Shown here: positions 47,672 to 57,368 of the stretch, in pieces
How positions within the stretch are numbered: the first letter of the stretch is position 1
Layout: the number at the start of each line of letters is the position of its first letter
Origin: Paracoccaceae bacterium
GTDB taxonomy: Bacteria > Pseudomonadota > Alphaproteobacteria > Rhodobacterales > Rhodobacteraceae
Assembly (NCBI GenBank): GCA_019090795.1
Contig: JAHRVG010000023.1
Span: forward strand, 16,178 to 80,177
Length of the DNA: 64,000 bases
Reading direction: 5' to 3'
Made by a program: the position numbers and the translations under genes
Notes under the pieces: model-generated
Seen by the model: only the letters and a program-made list of their open reading frames with translations
What the model was told of the DNA's origin: nothing
Databases searched by the model: none

Positions 47672-48829
47672 CTACTGCATCGCAGCAACCTGTCCTTCAA
47701 GCTTTGCGAGCTTGTCATTCAGCTGGGTGATATAGATATGCGCATGTTCAAGTTCGTTCAGCATACCCAACACTTTATTCGTCAACTCATATTCGCCATT
47801 TTCCGGTGTAGGACCGACATTTGGCAAGAAGCTGTTCGTGAACATTGACTTGGCATGTTCCTCAATGGTCGGAAGGTCATAGTTCGTGTTGAACACCCGG
47901 TCACAACCCACGGAACATGAACCTGATGTTGTGATTGTTCCTGTCAAGGTCAGGCTTCCGGTTGGTGACAGGGAGAAAGGTGTCGTACCGGCGGTCAGAT
48001 TCTTTATGACCATGTTGAGGCCTGCGCCAAGTTCCCAATCCTGATTGGTGAAGGTGTTACTCAGCAGTATCTGCGGGTTGCCATTATTTACCAGATGCAG
48101 AAGTTGCCGTCCCGCCCCTGTGCCGCTTACCTCCTCGACCCGTAACGCTGTACTGCCATCGCTCCCCCGCACATGCAGTCCTGCACTCGGCGAATTTGTC
48201 CCTATCCCGACATCCCCATCCGCATCAACATAGATACTGTTGTTCGGGGCACCCGGGCGAATCCGGAACGGCAGTAAACTGCCATTTGTCACATCGCGGA
48301 TAAAGAAGTTGGTTTCATTGCCCGCCATATCCCAGGTTTGTGGGGTGAAACCCGAGGTGCCATTTTGCTCCAGCCGCACGGTCGGGGTGTCCCCATCGGG
48401 GATGTGCAGTTCTACAACGGGGCGGGACGTCCCGAGGCCGACCCGGCCGCCGTCATCCACATAGAGCGCATGGCTCGGGGCGCGGGCTTCAATCGTGAAG
48501 GGGGTACTTCCGCTATCAATATCGTCGATCGAGAACTTGTTAACCCCGCCATTGGCGGAATCATTAAAGGTGATCTGCCAGTCGTTGGTCGGGAAGGATG
48601 CCGATGTGGAGGTATCCTGCGCCCTGATCCGCAGATTATTTTCCTTGAGGCGCAATGTGTCAAAACCAAAGCTTTCGCCATTCACGCAGTCTAGGCCGAC
48701 ACACAAGCTGCCGTCTATGATGACATCGTCCAGATGCACAATATCCGCAGATGTGGTTGTTCCCATCAATCCTGCGCTGACACCAATTGCCAGAGCACCC
48801 AAATGGGCTTTTCCAATAAAACCAGTCAT
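47672..48829 (-). CDS. Secreted phage-tail-fibre-like protein with C-terminal intramolecular-chaperone (S74-like) domain
   Basis: Signal peptide; repeats GRVGLGTSRPVVELH / GDVGIGTNSPSAGLH; C-terminal DRVFNTNYDLPTIEEH...LP...MLNELEHAHIYITQL plus coiled coil. Confidence 0.65.
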   Translation of the reverse strand: MTGFIGKAHLGALAIGVSAGLMGTTTSADIVHLDDVIIDGSLCVGLDCVNGESFGFDTLRLKENNLRIRAQDTSTSASFPTNDWQITFNDSANGGVNKFSIDDIDSGSTPFTIEARAPSHALYVDDGGRVGLGTSRPVVELHIPDGDTPTVRLEQNGTSGFTPQTWDMAGNETNFFIRDVTNGSLLPFRIRPGAPNNSIYVDADGDVGIGTNSPSAGLHVRGSDGSTALRVEEVSGTGAGRQLLHLVNNGNPQILLSNTFTNQDWELGAGLNMVIKNLTAGTTPFSLSPTGSLTLTGTITTSGSCSVGCDRVFNTNYDLPTIEEHAKSMFTNSFLPNVGPTPENGEYELTNKVLGMLNELEHAHIYITQLNDKLAKLEGQVAAMQ

Positions 48830-48863
48830 AGTATTCTCCCTCTCATTGTTTCGGTCAAAGACC

Positions 48864-48911
48864 TAGAGCGTATCTTGTCTTGTCGGTTTACCCATGAGCC
48901 GAGATACGCGG
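48864..48911 (+). repeat. Intergenic element copy B
   Basis: TAGAGCGTATCTTGTCTT-N15-AGCCGAGATACGC; internally an imperfect inverted repeat. Confidence 0.75.
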
Positions 48912-48948
48912 CAACATCGGATATCTAAACAGGCATGCCCCAGATTTC

Positions 48949-49449
48949 TTACTCTTCTATCAGGGCCTTTTGCACTGTAATCACACCGCGTGACACAATG
49001 AAAAAACCGTTCATCAGAAATGGTTTGGAAACTTGCTTTTTTTGCGCCTTCCCCCGACCATTATCAAGTTGGTTCCGGATCGTTACCATCTCATCGGTGG
49101 CGGCGAGCAATTCATAAGAATAAACGCCATCAATCACCGGTGCGACATCACGCAAATGGAATGTTGGGCTGCCTGAAATGGCAAATACATCGGTGCGCAC
49201 ACCTTCGGGGTTCACAACAATCAAAGTAGCATTCGTCAATTTGCCCCAGCTTTCAAACCAGAGTGTTGATGTATTTGTGCGCTCAACCGGTTCGCTGGCA
49301 TAGGCCGCCGTATTGATAAATGCAGTGTTAGTTAAGAATACGAGGACAGCACTTGCGAGCAGTTTGAAAATCCAAGAGTTCATAGCATTCTTTCGGGTCA
49401 AAATTAAAAAGCCGACTTTTGAATATGGGCGGGGTGACAAAAATTGCAT
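48949..49449 (-). CDS. Exported hypothetical protein upstream of the fibre gene
   Basis: Signal-peptide-like N-terminus from the second Met (MNSWIFKLLASAVLVFLTNTAF..AYA); beta-rich mature part. Confidence 0.6.
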   Translation of the reverse strand: MQFLSPRPYSKVGFLILTRKNAMNSWIFKLLASAVLVFLTNTAFINTAAYASEPVERTNTSTLWFESWGKLTNATLIVVNPEGVRTDVFAISGSPTFHLRDVAPVIDGVYSYELLAATDEMVTIRNQLDNGRGKAQKKQVSKPFLMNGFFIVSRGVITVQKALIEE

Positions 49450-49476
49450 GAGACTCGTTCCGAGCGTTCACCATAT

Positions 49477-49492
49477 GTTAACCTGAAATTAA
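49477..49492. promoter_or_regulatory. CtrA-type binding site (GTTAA-N7-TTAA)
   Basis: GTTAACCTGAAATTAA, intergenic, upstream of the 48949-49449 / fibre genes; followed in 11-bp phase by GTAA. Confidence 0.55.
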
Positions 49493-49567
49493 GGTAAATG
49501 TAAGGAGTTTGTTAATGCTTTTAGGCATCTATTTTGCCTGGAAGCGCTTTCGGGTTATCATGATTCG

Positions 49568-50761
49568 TTAAGGGTATTTCTTCTGCCAGCGTGCAGCGGC
49601 TATATTCTGGGCCTGGTTGATCTGATCCGGGGTCATTTTTTGGGAAAGGGCATCTCGCAAACCGGCCAGCGTGTCCGGGTTCCCCGCTGCGGCTAGTGTT
49701 AACCACATATACCCGGTGACAAAATCCTGTGGGACGCCCAATCCCTGATAATAAAGCAGCCCGAGATTTGCCATGGCCAAAGGCAGGCCTGCCTTGGCCG
49801 CCCCTTCAAACCAATGGGCGGTGGTGGGATAATTGGCGTGGGCATCAGGGCCTGTCGCCAGCAGGTAGGCCAATAGAAACTGCGCGACCGGATCGCCCTG
49901 TCTGGCACCGGTTTGCAGTACATTCAATGCAGCTTTTGTATAGTCTGGGGGGATGAGGCGGGGGTCGGGTATAAATCCGGTAGCTTCAAGCAAAGCTTCC
50001 AGATTTTGCGCTTTGTTTTGCCCGCGTCGGCGGTACAGATCGGCAGCTTTTTCGTCGTTTTGCTCAACGCCAAAACCGTTCTCATACATCACCCCCAGAT
50101 TGGTCATCGCGGTTGCAAGCCCGTTCTGGGCTGCTTTGGAAAACCACTCGGCGGCAAGTTCATAATCCTGCGCCACCCCGTTGCCGCGGGTATAAAGCAG
50201 GCCGAGATTGTTTTGCGCACGCGCATCCCCGGCCTGGGCCGGAGCAAGATAAAGCGCGCGGGCTTTGGCAAAATCCTGCGCAACGCCCGTGCCATTTTGG
50301 TAAAGCACCCCGAGGCTGACCGCAGCCGATGCCAGCCCCTTGTCAGAGGCTTGGGAGTATAGCGCCGCGGTTCTGGTGTAATCTTGCGGCACGCCGATCC
50401 CCTGTTCATACATCTGTGCCAGATCGACAAGGTGTTGGGGGTCGCCATCCTCTGCCGCGCGTGCCAGCCACTGCGCCGCCAGTGCATCATTACGTTCCAG
50501 CCCCAATCCGGCACGCAGGTATTTGCCCAGCCGGTTCTGGGCTTTGGAATTGCCCTGTTCGGCCGCCGCTTGAAACCAGAGCGCGGCAGCAGCGAAATTC
50601 TGCGGGATACCCGCGCCTGCATCATAACGTTCAGCCAGCTGAAATTGTGCGTCTGGATTGCCTGTTTCGGCGGCTTGCAGTAGGGTGCTAACCGGCTGTT
50701 GCTGGGACGCAACCGGAGCCGCCACCCCCAAAGCCAGCACCAGAGATAAAATCCTGAACAT
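49568..50761 (-). CDS. Sel1-repeat protein, exported
   Basis: Signal peptide; about eight AQxxLGxLYxxGxGVxQD..A..WF..AA repeats. Confidence 0.92.
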   Translation of the reverse strand: MFRILSLVLALGVAAPVASQQQPVSTLLQAAETGNPDAQFQLAERYDAGAGIPQNFAAAALWFQAAAEQGNSKAQNRLGKYLRAGLGLERNDALAAQWLARAAEDGDPQHLVDLAQMYEQGIGVPQDYTRTAALYSQASDKGLASAAVSLGVLYQNGTGVAQDFAKARALYLAPAQAGDARAQNNLGLLYTRGNGVAQDYELAAEWFSKAAQNGLATAMTNLGVMYENGFGVEQNDEKAADLYRRRGQNKAQNLEALLEATGFIPDPRLIPPDYTKAALNVLQTGARQGDPVAQFLLAYLLATGPDAHANYPTTAHWFEGAAKAGLPLAMANLGLLYYQGLGVPQDFVTGYMWLTLAAAGNPDTLAGLRDALSQKMTPDQINQAQNIAAARWQKKYP

Positions 50762-50838
50762 TCTAGAGTACCGTCCTTTTAATCTGCAACATTTGTAGTT
50801 CTTAAAATCTGTTGCGCCCCTGCTAATTGGATGCTGCT

Positions 50839-52392
50839 CTAGTTTTTTGCAACATAGTCACGCGCCAGTTTCTGTGCTTGGGCAATTTGCTCGCCAGTCA
50901 TCAGTTTTGCAAACAATGCGCGGGATTTGGCCGCTTTGTGACTGCCCCGCGCAGCGGCGAGATTGGCCCATTTATGGGCCTGCACGTAATCCTGTTCGAC
51001 CCCGGCACCGGTGCCGTATAGCTGGGCCAAACTGTATTGTGCAAAAGCATTGCCCCGCTCTGCCGCATCTGTCAGCAAAACAACGCCCTGAGCCTGACGC
51101 GCGGGGGGGGCGGACTCGGCTAGCTGTATCGCATAAAGGGCACCCAGACGGGCCTGTGCGGTAATATCATCTTGCGCTGCGCTGCGCTGCGCCAGCCATT
51201 GCAGGGCATTGGTATCACCGGTCTGTGCAACCCGGGCAATCCAAATAACAGCTCTGGAGGGTTTTACGGGCAGCTTGGCTTGTCCGGCAACGATCATTGC
51301 AGCAAGCCGTAACTGGGCCTGTGTTTCTCCCTGCTCTGCCGCCTCAAGGTAAAGCGCTGCTGCATATTCCACATTTTGTGCAACCCCGAGGCCTGCCGAA
51401 TACAGGGACGCCAGCGTGGTTGTGGCACGCAAAAGCCCCTGATCAGAGGCTTTTGTATACCATTTCACCGCTTTTTCATAATCTCTTTGGTCGCCGGTGG
51501 CATAGATATGGGCCAGATTATTCTGGGCACCTGCTTCTCCGGCTTTGGCGGCATGGGTCAGCCAGCGCAGGGCCTCGGTGGTGTTCTGGGTCACACCATC
51601 GCCCTGCAAATAGGCCGTGCCCAGCACCCGTTGTGCCATTGGCAAGCCACCATCTGCGGCACGGGTCAGCCAGGCAATCCCCTGTTCGGGATCTTTTGCA
51701 ACGCCGGTGCCCTGCAGGTAATTGAATGCCAAAAACAACTGTGCCTCGCTCCAGCCGGCCTTGGCGGCGGCTCCCAGTGCTTCCAGCGCCTTGCCGGAAT
51801 CTTTTTGTACCCCCCACCCGCGTGCATAATGTTTGCTCAGTTCGAACAATGCTTCGGCACTGCCCCCCTCGGCGGCCTTTTGGAATAAGCGTACAGCGGA
51901 TGCAGGATCCTCGGGCAGACCGTTCCCGGTCTGGTATAACTTTCCAAGGATCAACTGCGATGCGACATCCCCGGCGCGGGCAGCAGTAGACAGTAGTTTG
52001 GCCGCCGTTGCTGCATCAGGTTTCACCGCATCACCGCGCAGATAAAGCTGTGCCAGCAAGGCCGTTGCTGGTATATGTTTGGTGTTAGATGCTGTTTGCA
52101 ACAAGGCAATGGCACGGGGAAAATCAGCAGGCCCGCCTTTGCCTTCGAGCAACATATGCGCCAGCCGGAACTGGGCTTGGGCCTCACCCGTTTTTACCAA
52201 AACCATCAAGGCATTGCGCGCGGTAATAAAATCACCTGTACTGTATGCTTCTTCAACCGATGTCATCGAGGGAGTGGACGGGGTCTGGTCCACAGCCTTG
52301 GGCGTCTCCTGCTCCTGCGCCAGCGTTTCGCCTCCGATTATAAACAAACTACTAACGAGGCAGAGAAGGACAACAGGGGGAATGACACGCAT
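50839..52392 (-). CDS. Sel1-repeat protein, exported
   Basis: Signal peptide; about ten Sel1 repeats; C-terminal AHKWANLAAARG...MTGEQIAQAQ. Confidence 0.92.
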   Translation of the reverse strand: MRVIPPVVLLCLVSSLFIIGGETLAQEQETPKAVDQTPSTPSMTSVEEAYSTGDFITARNALMVLVKTGEAQAQFRLAHMLLEGKGGPADFPRAIALLQTASNTKHIPATALLAQLYLRGDAVKPDAATAAKLLSTAARAGDVASQLILGKLYQTGNGLPEDPASAVRLFQKAAEGGSAEALFELSKHYARGWGVQKDSGKALEALGAAAKAGWSEAQLFLAFNYLQGTGVAKDPEQGIAWLTRAADGGLPMAQRVLGTAYLQGDGVTQNTTEALRWLTHAAKAGEAGAQNNLAHIYATGDQRDYEKAVKWYTKASDQGLLRATTTLASLYSAGLGVAQNVEYAAALYLEAAEQGETQAQLRLAAMIVAGQAKLPVKPSRAVIWIARVAQTGDTNALQWLAQRSAAQDDITAQARLGALYAIQLAESAPPARQAQGVVLLTDAAERGNAFAQYSLAQLYGTGAGVEQDYVQAHKWANLAAARGSHKAAKSRALFAKLMTGEQIAQAQKLARDYVAKN

Positions 52393-52475
52393 GTTTGAAC
52401 AGCTTCTTTGGTAAAAGGGTAAACGACAGGAAGGGCTAGTTTGCCAGAGGCTTGGTTTGCAATCAATATTTCTTT

Positions 52476-53234
52476 CTAAAAGCTAAAGACCCAGACCAAC
52501 CCACCCGCCAGACACAGAAAACTGCCAAAAGGCAGCGCTGTTTTTCCCTGTAACGATACCCCGCTGCGCCATGCCGCCAGAACCGCCCAGAGTAATGCAA
52601 AAAGGGCCGCGATCAATACCATCAGCGGCAGGCTTTCCAATCCCAGTGCGGCCCCAAGCCCTGCCATCAATTTAACATCACCCAGCCCCAGACCCTCGCG
52701 ACCGCGCAGCATTTGATAGCCAAAGCGCAGCGCCAAAAAAGCCCCGCTTGCGGCAAGGGCGGCGACTAGTGCAGTGGCCAATGTCCGGCTCGGGTCCACC
52801 GCCGCCAAACCTGCCCCGATTAAAAACAAGGCTGCCGTCAGCGCGTCAGGCAGGCGAAAATAGCGGGCATCAATGACCCCCAGCGCCAGCAGGCACCACA
52901 GGTAGGCGGCCCCGAGCAGGGCTTGTGGATCAGATTGCGCCAGCATCACCACCGCGAGTGCGATGAAAACAGCGGCGGCCTCGATCATCGGTAACAGGGT
53001 CGGAATTGCAGCATTGCAATGGCGGCACCGGCCACGCAGGGCCAGATAGGACAGCAGGGGGACCATATCCAAAACCCGCAGCGGTGTTTGACAGGAACAA
53101 CAGTGTGATCGGGTATGGATCACATCTTCGCCCCGCGGCAGCCGGTCACACAATAGCGCCAGAAACGAGCCGATTGCCGGGCTTAACAGCACCAGCAGAA
53201 TATCTGTCGCGGACAGAACCGGTAGGGTGATCAC
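52476..53234 (-). CDS. gspO: Prepilin peptidase / N-methyltransferase (A24)
   Basis: GSFLALLCDRLPRG, RSHCCSC..CRHC, IDARYFRLPD, GLGLGDVKL, LPFGSFL. Confidence 0.93.
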   Translation of the reverse strand: MITLPVLSATDILLVLLSPAIGSFLALLCDRLPRGEDVIHTRSHCCSCQTPLRVLDMVPLLSYLALRGRCRHCNAAIPTLLPMIEAAAVFIALAVVMLAQSDPQALLGAAYLWCLLALGVIDARYFRLPDALTAALFLIGAGLAAVDPSRTLATALVAALAASGAFLALRFGYQMLRGREGLGLGDVKLMAGLGAALGLESLPLMVLIAALFALLWAVLAAWRSGVSLQGKTALPFGSFLCLAGGLVWVFSF

Positions 53235-53264
53235 GGCAGCTTTGCCTTTCCTGCAAATGGTGAA

Positions 53265-53798
53265 TTGTTTCGGGAATCCTGTTCCGTTATGCTACGCAGG
53301 AAAATAAAAGTAGAGTCCACATTGCCTTATACTGCATTCAAACCGGTAAAACACACCACAGGAAAACAGCCAAAGCCACAAGAGGCCGGGTTTTCCCTGC
53401 TTGAGCTGATGGTTGTGGTGGTAATTATGTCTATTCTGGCACTGGTGATCCTGCCCCGCATTATTGACCGCCCTGACCAGGCGCGGATGGCGCGGGTGCA
53501 GTCTGATCTGGCAGTGATCTCAAGCGCGGTGAAACTGTACCGGCTGGATAATTTCCGCTATCCCACCACGGAACAGGGCCTGCGGGCGCTGGTTGCACGC
53601 CCCTCCAGCGAGCCGGTGCCGCAAAACTGGGCTAGAAACGGTTATATTGATCGCTTGCCCAAAGACCCTTGGGGTGGTGTCTATCAATATCTCTCGCCCG
53701 GCGTGCATGATGAATTCGATGTCTTTACGCTGGGGGCTGACGGGGTTGCGGGCGGCACGGATACCAATGCCGATCTGGGCACATGGACACTGGAATAA
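53265..53798 (+). CDS. gspG: T2SS major pseudopilin G (start uncertain)
   Basis: GFSLLELMVVVVI, YRLDNFRYPTTEQGLRALV, LPKDPWG, DVFTLGADG. Confidence 0.95.
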   Translation: MFRESCSVMLRRKIKVESTLPYTAFKPVKHTTGKQPKPQEAGFSLLELMVVVVIMSILALVILPRIIDRPDQARMARVQSDLAVISSAVKLYRLDNFRYPTTEQGLRALVARPSSEPVPQNWARNGYIDRLPKDPWGGVYQYLSPGVHDEFDVFTLGADGVAGGTDTNADLGTWTLE

Positions 53799-54271
53799 CC
53801 CCCCGCCCCGCGCCAGATGCGGGGTTCACCCTGATCGAGCTGGTTATAGTGGTTACGGTCTTGTCGATCCTGACCGTCAGCGTCGGTCTGTCGATGTCAT
53901 TTGGCCGTCCGGAGCGGCGCGCATCCGATGATGCCCATCGCTTGCAGGACAGTTTCACCCGATTGCAGCAGGGGGCGATTTACAGCCGTGTACGGCGCGG
54001 GCTGACGATCTCGAACAGGGGCTGGCAAGTGGCGCAGTTTGATCCGGCAACCGGCATCTGGAATACACAGGGGTATGTGCAGCGCTGGCGTGGTGGCGCA
54101 TCCTTTCGAGTGCTGGAGCGCGCTTTTCCCCTTGGGCCCGGGGGCGCGCCGGATGTTGTCTTTCTGCCGGATGGCCATTCCACTGCCTTTGAAATCACCC
54201 TGAGCTACGGCGAGAGCTTCACCCTTTGCCAAAATGATGGCTGGACGGGGCTGATATGCGACCTCTCGTAA
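53783..54271 (+). CDS. gspH: T2SS minor pseudopilin H
   Basis: GFTLIELVIVV; VFLPDGHST; position after gspG. Confidence 0.85.
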   Translation: MDTGITPRPAPDAGFTLIELVIVVTVLSILTVSVGLSMSFGRPERRASDDAHRLQDSFTRLQQGAIYSRVRRGLTISNRGWQVAQFDPATGIWNTQGYVQRWRGGASFRVLERAFPLGPGGAPDVVFLPDGHSTAFEITLSYGESFTLCQNDGWTGLICDLS

Positions 54272-54633
54272 GCAGTGCCAAAGAGCGCGGCATTACGCTG
54301 CTGGAACTGATGATTGCGATTGTGGTGCTGTCGGTGGGCACGCTCGCGGTAATCCGCACGCTGGATCACTCAACCCGCCAGATCGGCGAGGCGCCGGCGC
54401 GGTTTCTTGCCCTGAGCGTGGCACAAAACCGGGGGCAGGAGTTGGCGGTTATGGGGTTGGCACTGGGGCGCAACCTGCCTGTACGGGTGTCACAGGGGCC
54501 GTATGAATGGGATGTTTCCCTGGATCCGGAGAAAACCGATTCCGGCCTGTACGAGATCACCATCACCGTAAGCAGCGATGGGTTGCCCGGTGCCCTGTTG
54601 GTCAGTTATGCCCCATGGGAGCCGCCCAGATGA
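54256..54633 (+). CDS. gspI: T2SS minor pseudopilin I
   Basis: GITLLELMIAI; short pilin; position in operon. Confidence 0.85.
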   Translation: MRPLVSSAKERGITLLELMIAIVVLSVGTLAVIRTLDHSTRQIGEAPARFLALSVAQNRGQELAVMGLALGRNLPVRVSQGPYEWDVSLDPEKTDSGLYEITITVSSDGLPGALLVSYAPWEPPR

Positions 54634-55241
54634 GCCGCAAAACCCGGCATGATCAGGGGATGACCCTGATCGAGTTGATCATCGTGCTGGCGGTGTTCGC
54701 GCTAATTGCCACGCTAAGCCTGCAAGCGCTGTCAGGCACTTTGCGCAGTCGCGACCGGCTGGTGGCGTTGGAGGAAAACACCGCCGACATCACCCTTGCC
54801 TTGTCTTTGCTGCGCGCAGATCTGCAAGCGGCGGTGCCGCTGGTCTTTCATACTCCCGGCGGTCTGGACCATTCCGCGCTTGAGATTGCGCCGGGAGGGC
54901 AGAGGTTGGCGCTCTCGCTAAGCGGGCAGATGGATTTACCGGGGGTATCGCTGGCGGGGCTGGGGCGGGCAATCTGGAGATTTGATCCGGCACGGGGGCA
55001 GTTGACACGGGCGAGCTGGCCGGTGCTGATCCCCGCAACACAAGCCGCGCTCAGCCCCGAAGTGGTGCTGGCGCGCGGCATCATCGGATTTGAAATTCGC
55101 ACAATGACCCCAGAATTCCGCTGGATAACCGGGCCGGACCCCAACCTCGGGGGCACTGGCAGCGCGCTGCCCCGTGCGGTAGAAGTGACCCTGACCAGCG
55201 TTGAATTTGGCCGCATCAGCACGCTTGTGAGCTACCCATGA
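54630..55241 (+). CDS. gspJ: T2SS minor pseudopilin J
   Basis: GMTLIELIIVL, LRADL, LPRAVEVTL; start reassigned to ATG 54630 (ATGA overlap). Confidence 0.88.
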   Translation: MSRKTRHDQGMTLIELIIVLAVFALIATLSLQALSGTLRSRDRLVALEENTADITLALSLLRADLQAAVPLVFHTPGGLDHSALEIAPGGQRLALSLSGQMDLPGVSLAGLGRAIWRFDPARGQLTRASWPVLIPATQAALSPEVVLARGIIGFEIRTMTPEFRWITGPDPNLGGTGSALPRAVEVTLTSVEFGRISTLVSYP

Positions 55242-56185
55242 GACAGGTGTGCAGGCCACCCCCCAAATCAATCCGGGGTCTTGTACTGATCAACGCGCTG
55301 TTGGTGGTTGCGGCCCTCTCGGCGGTGGCGGTGTTGCTGTTGCAAACGGCTGAAACCGCCCGCAATCGCCAGCATTATGTGCAAGAGGTGGCCCAGACCC
55401 AAGCTTACCTTGACGGGTTTGAATTGTTGCTGCGCGGCTTGCTTGATGCGGATCGGGCACGCGGGAATGTGGATCATTCCAAGGAGCCGTGGGCGCAGAA
55501 AAACTACACAGTTGAAATCGACCGCGGCCATATCAGCGGCACCCTGCGTGATTTGCAGGGGCGGTTTAATCTGAACTGGCTGGCAGGGGGCGATAGCAGT
55601 TTCGGGCCCGAAGCGTTCAAGGCATTGATGCAGGGTATCGGGCAGCGCAGCAGCCTGGCAAACGCGATCATGGACTGGGTGTCAGAGGATGGCCCGCAAA
55701 ACCTGACCCCCTATCTGACGCGCAGCCCCGGCCTTGCGCCGGTGGGGGGGAATATTGAATTGCTTGATGAATTGCGCCTAGTCAAGGGGATGACACCGGC
55801 CATATTCACCCGTCTGGAAACAGTGCTGACGGCGGTACCCTCTGAGGGGGTGGTCAATATCAATACAGCACCTCGCGCGGTGTTGCAGGCGCTCATGCCA
55901 AAGGTCTCCTCGGGGGTTATCGGGGCGCTGGTGGCGGAACGGGACGGCGAACCGTTTGAAACGGACGAAGCGGTTTATATTTACCTGCAGGGGGTTTTGA
56001 GCGAAGAAGAGCTTGAAAAAATCCCAAGCGGTGTCTTTGTGACCTCAAGCCACTGGTTTGAGGCGGAAATTTCTGCCACTCTCGGGCAAACCCAACTCTG
56101 GCGGCGGGTAATCTTTCGCCGCTCGGGGGAAAGCGGTAAGACGCGGGTGGAGTACCGGCTTACACCCAAAGCAGAAGCACGATGA
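55238..56185 (+). CDS. gspK: T2SS minor pseudopilin K
   Basis: GLVLINALLVV, DLQGRFNLN, IMDWV, ELRLVKGM, NINTAP. Confidence 0.92.
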   Translation: MRQVCRPPPKSIRGLVLINALLVVAALSAVAVLLLQTAETARNRQHYVQEVAQTQAYLDGFELLLRGLLDADRARGNVDHSKEPWAQKNYTVEIDRGHISGTLRDLQGRFNLNWLAGGDSSFGPEAFKALMQGIGQRSSLANAIMDWVSEDGPQNLTPYLTRSPGLAPVGGNIELLDELRLVKGMTPAIFTRLETVLTAVPSEGVVNINTAPRAVLQALMPKVSSGVIGALVAERDGEPFETDEAVYIYLQGVLSEEELEKIPSGVFVTSSHWFEAEISATLGQTQLWRRVIFRRSGESGKTRVEYRLTPKAEAR

Positions 56186-56195
56186 AAGGGACTAG

Positions 56196-57368
56196 TTGAA
56201 ACGCGGTAAAGAGGATAACGGCCAGGAATTTTTTCGGCTGGGGCAGGAAGGTCCCTTGCCCGAGGGGTCTTTTGTTGCGCTGGTTGATGGGGCACAGGCA
56301 CCCCTGTTGCCGCTTGATCTGCCCGCCGGGCTCAAGGGACAGGCGCGCGAGCGGGTGGCCCGTTTGAAAATCAGTGACGGCATCGGCTTACCGGTGGCCC
56401 AAGTTGAATTGCGCCCCTTAGCCGCCAAACCTCACAATACCCCGTGGTCCCATGTCATTCTCACCGACACTGATCAAGTGGCCGTCTGGCGTAAGCGCTG
56501 CGAGCGGGCCGGTTCCCGTTGCCGTGCAATCCTGCCTGATTACCTGTCGTTGCCGACCCTTGCGCAGGTCTGGACCATTGCCACCACAGAAAAAATCACC
56601 ACTGCCCGGCTCGGGCTGGAAGACGGGTTTAGCTGCGAACATGATCTGGCTGTGCAACTGCTGACCAAAGCCGACAAACCCAAAGCTGTGTTTCGCTTGG
56701 GCGGTGCGCAACCAGTGCTCGATCAGCTGCTCGATCAGCTTGCTGTACCGATCTGCAGCAGCGCGGCCGAGCTAGCGGCTAATGACCTGCCAGCGCCCAA
56801 AGTGCTTGGTCATGGCGAGTTGCTGTTTGATCTGCGCCAGAACCCGATGGCAATGTTTGAGCAGTCACGCGCAATGCTGGGGGCCTGGCGGATGCCGACC
56901 TTGCTGGCCTTGCTGGGGTTGGGGCTGTGGAGCGCCAGCGCTATGGTTTCGCTACGTGATTTTCAGAGCCGTGCACTGGCAACCCGTGTTGCCACGGTGG
57001 CCGAGGTGCGTAAGCATTTTGTTTCCAGCGGTCCGGTGCTGGATATCCGCACCCAAGTTAGCCAGACTCTGGCGACGCGTCAGGGGCAAATGCAGGATAC
57101 AAGCGGGCAGATGTTGCCGTTAGCGCTGTTTAAATCTGCCGCACAGATTATGCAGGATCACCCATCAACCCTTGTAACTGCGTCCTTTAATGCAGCGAGC
57201 GGGCTGACGCTATCCTTGGTACTGCCTGATTTTGCCAAGCTTGATCTGCTGGTCGCGGCCCTGGAGGCGGGGGGGATCGCTGTGCAAATTATTGAATCCA
57301 GCTCTGCCGAAGAGGGCGGCGTGAACAGTATTCTTGTGTTGCAGGCAAAAGGAAAGGCCAGGGGATGA
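56196..57368 (+). CDS. gspL: T2SS protein L
   Basis: Actin-like cytoplasmic N-terminus (ILPDYLSLP), one TM, periplasmic C-terminus; position in operon. Confidence 0.85.
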   Translation: MKRGKEDNGQEFFRLGQEGPLPEGSFVALVDGAQAPLLPLDLPAGLKGQARERVARLKISDGIGLPVAQVELRPLAAKPHNTPWSHVILTDTDQVAVWRKRCERAGSRCRAILPDYLSLPTLAQVWTIATTEKITTARLGLEDGFSCEHDLAVQLLTKADKPKAVFRLGGAQPVLDQLLDQLAVPICSSAAELAANDLPAPKVLGHGELLFDLRQNPMAMFEQSRAMLGAWRMPTLLALLGLGLWSASAMVSLRDFQSRALATRVATVAEVRKHFVSSGPVLDIRTQVSQTLATRQGQMQDTSGQMLPLALFKSAAQIMQDHPSTLVTASFNAASGLTLSLVLPDFAKLDLLVAALEAGGIAVQIIESSSAEEGGVNSILVLQAKGKARG

